This document shows, one piece after another, positions 56,776-64,000 of a stretch of DNA of 64,000 nt. The stretch's first letter is position 1; every line of letters begins with the position of its first letter. A program made the position numbers and the translations under genes. The stretch covers positions 4,526,001-4,590,000 of the forward strand of contig JBHGNT010000014.1 in the NCBI GenBank assembly GCA_043228905.1, read 5' to 3'. The stretch comes from Azolla caroliniana. Lineage: Eukaryota; Plantae; Polypodiophyta. Under the pieces are notes generated by a model. The model saw nothing but the letters and a program-made list of their open reading frames with translations, had not been told where the DNA came from and searched no databases.

Positions 56776-59395
56776 AACTCCCCCTTCACTCTGATGGGCA
56801 GAGTCGACTAGTCTTGTCTTCTGTCGATAAACTTTGAGTCTATCCATAGGTAGTGGTTTCGTAAGCATGTCAGATCCATTATCATCAGTATGGATCTTCA
56901 CAAGGGTAAACTCTCCCCCATCCACCTTCTCTCGTAACCAGTGATACCTTCTCTGTATCAGTTCAAGAGTGATATGCAGTTTTCTTGGCTAGATGTATGG
57001 CACTCTAACTATCACAATGGAGCAAGAATTCTCCTTGCTTTATTCCCAATTCATTAAGAAAACTTCTCATCCATATCAACTCCTTACCAGCCTCTTTAGC
57101 AACCATATATTCTCCCTCTGTGGTCAACAAAGCCACGGTCTTGACTACCATGACACAGCTCCCCCTGCATAGGTCATCACATAACCTGATTTGGATTGGT
57201 TTGTGTCTACATCCCCTAACATGTATGAATCGGTAAAACCTTTGATCATAGGTTTTCCGAAACCATACCTAAGGCACACCCTTGAGGTGCCTTTCAAGTA
57301 CTTGAGTATTCAGTTTACAACTGCCCAGTGTTCTCAACCCGGATTACTCATATATCAGCTCATCGTTCCGACTTCAAATGTTATGTTTGGTCTCGTACAG
57401 ACCATAGCATACATTAAATTGTCGATGGTCGAGGCATATGGTACTTTATTCATCTCAGCCTTGTCCATTCCCCTTTTTGGACATTGCCTAACATTAAACT
57501 TGCAATTAGTCGACAACGCAGATCCAACTGGTTTTGCTTCCGACATGTTGAGTCTTTCCAAGATCTTTGTCACATACTTTTGTTGTGACAACCATAGCAC
57601 ATTCTTAGTTCTGTTACAAACTATGTGCATACCCAATATTTGCTTTGCCGGTCCAACGTCTTTCATGGCAAACAACTTGCCTAGTGATTTCTTCAAGCTT
57701 GCTATCTTCGTGGTGTCGTGCCCAGCCACTAACATATCGTTAACATATAGCAAGAGAATCAAGAAGTCTCCTTTATCATACCTTTTGACAAAAGCACACA
57801 ATGATCAACTTGTGTTTTATGGAACCCATGTTACAACATCAAGGATTCTAACTTCTTGTACCATTGGCGTGGAGCTGGTTTCAGACCATACAAGCTTTTC
57901 CTTAGTCTACACACCATATTCTCTTTTCCTTTCTCCACAAAGCCTTCCGGCTATTGCATATAGATCTCTTCGTCTAATTTCCCATGCAAGAATGTTGTCT
58001 TGACATCCAATTGCTCTATCTCCAAATTCATACTAGCAACAATACCTATCAATGTTTGAATGGATGTCATCTTTACGACTGGTGCAAAAATTTCATCAAA
58101 ATCGACCCCTTTCTTTTGCTGAAACCCCTTTACTACGATTCGGGCCTTGTATCTAGGTGAAATGCCATGTTCCCCATTTTTCATCTTGAAGACCCATTTG
58201 TTTCTTAGGGCTCTATTAAGTTCCACCAAGTCATAAGTGTAGTTCTCATGCAAGCAGTCTATCTAATCTTGCATTGCACTCTGCCATTTCTCCTTGCGCT
58301 CGTCTTCCATGGCCTCCTGGTAGCATTCTCGCTCATCTTCATCAGTCAATAAAATATATTGACTAGTGTATTGCAAGGGTGTTCTCGTTTGCCTGAGTGG
58401 ATATCTTCCACCTCCCATTGTCGGCTCAGGTTCAGATGTCTCTCCCGACTCTTCACTTAGCTTGTGTTGATACATGTCGATCGGTTGTTGAAGGTCAACC
58501 TACTCTGATTCGCATGCCTCAAATCAACTTCTGTAGGTTTGTCAACTCCAACTCATATGTATTAGTCGGTTGCTTCGAGTCAACCATCTTGGATTCAGAT
58601 GTTTTGACCGGTTGTCTCCCCTCAGTCGATCGTGTATCATCGACTGGTCTTGACTCAACAGTAGTGGGAGTCGAATAAGAAGTCGCTTCTGACTTCTACT
58701 GTTTCTAGTCCTCGATTATCTTGTCTTCCAAGAACACGATGTCTCGACTTCTCGTGATCTTCTTGTCGAGTAAGTCCCACAGCCTGTAGGCGAATTTATC
58801 CTCCGAGTACCTCTAATCCTTTTCGACATGCACATATGCCAAACATTCGAACACCTTCAAGCATTAATAGGAGACATCTTTACCTATCCACACCTTGTAT
58901 AGGACATTATTGTTCAAGGGCACTAAGGGAGACCTGTTGATAAGATAAACAATCGTGTACAATGCCTCAGCCCAATACGATTTTGGTAGCTTTGCATGTG
59001 CCAACATGCTCCTCACTCTTTCCATGATAGTTTGATTCATCCTCTCCACAAACCCATTTAGCTCAAGGGTTCTTAGGCACTGTCTATTCGAGTTGAGTAA
59101 CTTGGGACTTGCAATACTCTTCGAGCTGTCCTCTGTACTCACCACCATTGCCGGTTCAAATAGCCTTCACCTTTTGACCTGACTATCTTTCAGCTCTAGC
59201 TTGGAACTCCTTGAAGAATGACAATACTTGATCCTTTGACTTTAGTACGAAATCCCATAATTATTGATTCTAGTCATCAACGAATGTTACGAAGTACTAT
59301 CAGCCATGATGTGATGGGGCATCCATATAGCACACATTTGTGTGTACCAGTTCCAGTGCAACTTCTCTTCTCTTTAGTGGTCTCGAGTGGAACGT
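56776..59395 (-). pseudogene. Degenerate Ty1/copia pol (integrase, RT, RNase H)
   Basis: ERMNQTIMERVRSML, YKARIVVKGF..VDFDEIFAPVV and LLLYVNDMLV; PPT-like ACTCCCCCTT at ~56777. Confidence 0.85.
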
Positions 59396-62254
59396 TGTCG
59401 CGAAGTTTCGCGCACATGTGTTACTTGGGCGGGACCACAGGGGTCTTGGACTAGGGAGTACTCAAGGGATAGAGAAGACCCAAGGTTTGATTTACGAAAA
59501 TACTACTTCCCGACCCCTTCCTGAGCAAGGTCTTGTTGCCCTTTGTTTTGTGAGTCCGGTGGCTCTCGTTGATCACGACTCGTCGACCTTCCGAGATCAC
59601 CGCACGAGCCAAGTGACCAAACGGGTACAAGCAAGATGAGCACGCAACATGAACGCACAAGGGGACGATAACACAAACACGAATGCTCGTACGCCTTTAT
59701 GAGGAGGAGAGGTGCATGGGCAAGCCCGAACGCTCCCTCATCACGACACAGTCGAACGTACAAGGAAGACACAAACACACGCACAAAATGCTCGTATGCC
59801 TTTATGAGGAGGAGAGGTGCATGGGCAAGCCCGAAATGGTCCCTCATCACGAGATAGCCAAACGTACAAGGAAGACACAAACACACGCACAAAATGCTCA
59901 TACGTCTTTATGATGAGGAGAGGTGCATGGGCACGCTTGAAACGCTCCCTCGTCACAAGATGGCCGAACGTAAAAGGAAGACACACACACACACAAATGC
60001 TCGTACGGCTTTATGAGGAGGAGAAGTGCATGGGCAAGCCCGAATGGTCCCCTCGTCACAAGACGGCCGAACGTACAAGGAAGACACAAACACACACACA
60101 TGCTCGTATGCCTTTTTGAGGAGGAGAGGTGCATGGGCAAGCCCAAACGGTCCCCTCATCACAAGACGGCCGAACGTACAAGAAAGACACAAACACACGC
60201 ACAAAATGCTCGTACGCCTTTATGAGGAGGAGAGGTGCATGGGCAAGCCCGAACGGTTCCCTCGTCACAAGACGGTGGAACGTACAAGGAAGACACGAAT
60301 AAAGAAAGAAGGAGAGAAAGAAACACGAATGATATCGACCAAAGAGATAAGTACGTGTTCGATTCCAACGCAAGAGGACCCTTTATAAAATAGGGTTTTG
60401 TTTACAATGGCAACTTATAGTTAACCACAAGCTCAATCAAAACATAAATATTAAATGCCCTTAGAGACAAAAGCAAATCCGAACACGGCGAAGATGAACA
60501 CACAAGCACCACCAAAATGCCAATCCCTACGAACCACGACCACTCGAACGGCGAGCACACAGGCTCGCAACGACGAACGGGGCGGAGCAACGTCGAACCA
60601 ACGAAGCTTGGGCTCACGAGCACTTCGAGTGCCGACGCGAAGAAGACGAGCACGTGGCGATGGGAGGATGAAGGCGTATGAGATGAAGAGAAGTGGTGAA
60701 TAAGGAGATGAAGGGCTTCGAAGGAAAATTGGCGATAGTCTCCTCCTCCCCAAAACGTCCTCCCGAATGAGGCCCCCTCGACCTCCTTTTATACGAAAAA
60801 AAGAAGGGGGGGTCGCCAAATTTATCGTTAATGAAAAAGGAATAAAATTCCTTAAATCATGCTACACTATAAGTCCAAATTCAAACCGTGCACCTCTAGC
60901 TAATAGTCAATGTGACTATCCACTAGCCCACTAGCTCTCTCTTATATAATATATAATTCTATCTCTATAAATTCATAGTCTGTCTCCCCTTTACCTTTGA
61001 TCTCTCCTCTCTCTTACTTTTTGCACGAGATTCTATACCTCCTTTTCACCCTTTCTTTTCCTTTTTATTTTGCATATGCACAATTAATCGCTTTTGTGTG
61101 CACACACATTGCACATGCACATTTTTTACCCCCCCCTTTTGCCGGTTTTTCCCACTCTCGAGCACGCCACATCACGACATCCGCCCCCACCAAACCGCAC
61201 ATCCTCCGGTATGTGCCAAGAATGGCGGGCCGAGGGTGGTCATTAGTTCATTTCCTCCTCCTCATTGACCCGACTTGTTGTTGGTCGCCTTTATCTTCGT
61301 CAAGGTCATCGAGGTTTGGTCCCTGTCGTGTCACTTTTTGAAGATTGGTACTACCAGCTTAGTCCCATCGAGTTCAGCGAGGTGGTAAGTAGCATTATCG
61401 TTTGCACTCGTTACCACGTACGGCCCGAACCATCGCTTTGCGAATTTCCGCATCGAGCTATGTTGATTGTCAAGACTACTATCATATACAATCACCCAGT
61501 CTCCTTCTTCGATCTTCCGAGGGCGTAGTCGGTGTGTCTTGTCGAATCGGGCTTTGTTACTTAGCCTAGCCGCTTCTAACCTCTCCTTTGCCAACTCCAA
61601 GTCTTCGGGTCTTCTCTCAAGTTGACTTATCCTTGTGGCTAGAAGCTCTTCTCGACTCATCTCATTTTCCCACGGCATTGCTACCCATGAAGCGATCGTG
61701 TCTTCAATGGGCATCACCAGCTTTTGTCCGTACATGAGTTCAACTGGCATGAAACCTGTAACTGAGCTATGAGTTGTTATGTCGGCCTACAAGGCATAAG
61801 GTAGTAACCGAGGCCAATTCCCGATTCGCCCATCACAAGCTCGTACAATGGCTTTTACGATAGGCCCGTGTCCGCGTTCTATCTTTCCATTAGCCTTCAG
61901 GTTATAAGCGGTCGTGAGAGAGAGCTTCACTCCAAGTTGGTCAAAGAGCTCTATAGCTTCGTGAGCGTTCAACTCTCCTCTGTCAGCCACTATCTTTCCC
62001 ACACATCCATACCGGTAGATGACATCCTCGAGAAAGAAATTTCACACCCCCGTCGTTGTTTTGTTTGCTAAGGCTCACCCTTCTACTTGGTTTGTTAGGT
62101 CTTCTCTTGCTAGCACCAAATGTTTCATTTGGCCCACTCCCATCGGCATCGAAACCAAATCCACCATCCATTTGAAGTGTATGGTGAGTGGGTAGGTCGG
62201 GTGTAACTCGCCCCTATGGCATATGTTGGAGTGTATCTGGCAGCTTTCACACGT
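59396..62254 (-). mobile_element. Ty3/gypsy H (F/G lineage): long 3' LTR 59396-61179 and integrase, interrupted by G
   Basis: TGTCG..CACGACA termini; PPT and 3' region TCCGCCCCCACCAAACCGC shared with F; integrase ORFs 61331-61750, 61787-62002 and 62075-62254. Confidence 0.85.
59670..60300. repeat. Six-unit 103-106-bp tandem array inside the LTR of H
   Basis: ATGCTC(G/A)TA..GAGGAGAGGTGCATGGGCAAGCCC recurs at about 59682, 59788, 59894, 59997, 60100 and 60206. Confidence 0.92.
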
Positions 62255-62969
62255 TGTCGTGAAGAAAACCGCCCACAAGAGGAATCGGAGGAACAAGGCG
62301 TGGGAAACGGCTCTACACACACACGCGCGCCAAGAAGTACCTGAGGACGAAGTAGGTACATACGAGGATCCTAGGTGGGTAGATTCGGTTGGTATGCAGT
62401 TAATGCCAAACGGCCTCTTGACGGGCTATAAAAGGAAGAGGAAGAGTAGAAGTGGGGTATCTCGCGTGGAGAGGACGAAGTGCTGCCGAACCGATTTCAG
62501 AGCTCTCTCTCACTCCTGCTTTCTCTGTCTTCTGCTCCATCGCATACCCGTGCAGGTTTCGAGGAGGCTTGCGCTGTTCCGTGGAACGCCCCGAGTGCGT
62601 CCCGCAGCACCTCCGACCTGTTTTCCCTTTCTGTGCGTCGCGACATACAGGGGTCGGCATCTGTTCGCCGCCCTGTTCGTTTTCGTTAGTATCTATTTTG
62701 TGCCCCACCGTGGGTTGTAATACTTTAGTCTGTTATTTTCTTGCATTCGTAAGTACATATCTCTCGCTGTTGCGTCCATCTGCGTCGGCGTTTATTTGTG
62801 ATCTCTGTTTGTTGGGCCGTGTCCCTGTGCAATCGTCGGTTCTGCGCAATCGGATCTTCGGTTCTGTGTAATCGGGTCTCTCTTACTCCTCTCTCTCTTG
62901 CTCTTCGGTTCGAGACCCCCGTGGTCCCTCCTCCTTTCTACACGCAAGGGCGTAGCAACCCCGACATCT

Positions 62970-62987
62970 TGGTGAACCCGACGTGAA
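62970..62987 (+). promoter_or_regulatory. Primer-binding site complementary to tRNA-Trp
   Basis: TGGTGAACCCGACGTGAA is the reverse complement of TTCACGTCGGGTTCACCA, the 3' end of plant cytosolic tRNA-Trp as I recall it. Confidence 0.8.
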
Positions 62988-63009
62988 AGAGGCGGCAGAA
63001 GAGTAGGAA

Positions 63010-64000
63010 ATGAAAGGGGCGGATCTTGCAGAGGCCATGGCTTCGGCCGTGGATCGGATAGTAAGCGCGCGCGAGGGCACCGGCGCCCTCGATAGAGCTA
63101 TTGAGGCGGTCGTCGGAACGATCGGTCGATTCACCGGAAAGGATGCCACGAAGTACCTGGCGTCCTACGGTGCGGAAATGTTAATGCGGGACATTCCGGA
63201 AGACAGGCGTCTTGCCGGTTTTCCCCGAGTGGCGATGCCGAGCATCCACGCGGAGGTGCTCGAGGTGCGGGCGGAGAGCCGTACCTGGGAGGAGTTCGAA
63301 GGTCGGCTCCTGGAAAAATACGGACTGGACGACGCGCTCCGGCTCTCGAAGCGAAGCTTCATGGAGTGGGTGGAGTCTCCCGGGAAAGGAAGGAATGCGT
63401 CGGCTCTCCTCCGGGAGTTCGAGGAGAACTTCGCGCGCCTTTCGGCGCTTGACAGGATGGTCCTGGATACAAGCCGGGTCCTGCTGTTCGTCAAATCGGT
63501 TGACGAGAGGGATCGGAGTCACGTGGGCGCCCTGCTAGAAACCGAAGACGGGCTGACGGCCGACTGGGCGGCGGTCAAGAGAGCCTGCGGCCGTTTCGAC
63601 AAACGGCGAGAATGGGAGGATGACAGAGCAACCGGGTCGGGCTCAGTCGCGGCGAGGAAACTCGAGCCGGCGCAGCCGGTGCGAAGGGAAGAGACCCGGG
63701 AGTGGCTGGAATCCGGTTCAGCTCCGACCGGCGTGATCAGAGGCTCGACTGGAGGGGCTGCGTTGGAGGAACTGACGAGGGCGATAAAAGACCTCCAAAT
63801 CGCACAAGCCCGCAGAGAAGGCGGAGGTCCTGCTCGTGACCGACGGCCGGCGGCAGGGAACAGGTGCATGTGGTGCGACGGGGTCGGCCACATCCGGAAA
63901 GACTGCGGCGATTTCGCAGAGGCGCTGAGGAACCGGGTGGTGTACCTATGGGAAGGCCGGGTTCACGCCAACGACACGAGGAGGGCCCTAAACCGAAACG
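63010..64000 (+). CDS. Gag of gypsy G (runs off the window)
   Basis: MKGADLAEAMASAVDRIVSAREG.. is open to the window end and includes the CMWCDGVGHIRKDC knuckle. Confidence 0.85.
   Translation, partial: MKGADLAEAMASAVDRIVSAREGTGALDRAIEAVVGTIGRFTGKDATKYLASYGAEMLMRDIPEDRRLAGFPRVAMPSIHAEVLEVRAESRTWEEFEGRLLEKYGLDDALRLSKRSFMEWVESPGKGRNASALLREFEENFARLSALDRMVLDTSRVLLFVKSVDERDRSHVGALLETEDGLTADWAAVKRACGRFDKRREWEDDRATGSGSVAARKLEPAQPVRREETREWLESGSAPTGVIRGSTGGAALEELTRAIKDLQIAQARREGGGPARDRRPAAGNRCMWCDGVGHIRKDCGDFAEALRNRVVYLWEGRVHANDTRRALNRN

Larger units (their letters stand above)
62255..64000 (+). mobile_element. Ty3/gypsy G (tRNA-Trp-primed), 5' end, probably young
   Basis: LTR 62255-62966 (TGTCG..CGACA), PBS, and a GC-rich open gag homologous to F gag. 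Confidence 0.9.

Noticed and set aside
57191-58003. 270-aa plus-strand ORF
   Set aside because: It is antisense to a degenerate copia RT and has no independent motifs.
59670-60390. Many overlapping ORFs on both strands
   Set aside because: These are translations of a non-coding tandem array inside an LTR.

Overview
Eukaryotic, repeat-dense plant DNA. The element mix (Tcn1-like chromovirus, tRNA-Trp-primed Ty3/gypsy, Sola-like transposase, RTEX-like LINE) suggests a non-seed land plant (bryophyte, lycophyte or fern), but the species cannot be named from the sequence. Most of the window is nested LTR retrotransposons whose boundaries I resolved by LTR pairs and target-site duplications (TSDs). 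An intact young Ty1/copia sits inside gypsy A. A four-level nest runs copia E > gypsy B > gypsy C > gypsy D. There are also three tRNA-Trp-type gypsy copies (F, H, G), solo LTRs, LINE fragments and a DNA-transposase remnant. One host gene is present: an 8-exon P2A Ca2+-ATPase (ECA/SERCA type, minus strand, 45021-53086, about 1130 aa) whose two 5' exons add a plastid-transit-peptide-like extension. The most unusual observations are: (1) a TSD-flanked insertion made only of LTR sequence with two U3 ends (42812-44121); (2) a covarying, possibly pseudoknotted RNA element upstream of gag in two diverged gypsy families; (3) ACGT target-site specificity of three gypsy insertions; (4) a Tf1-like self-priming PBS; (5) TG..TA non-canonical LTR ends in two unrelated elements; (6) defective gypsy lineages that appear to have been mobilised in trans. 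All alignments were done by eye.
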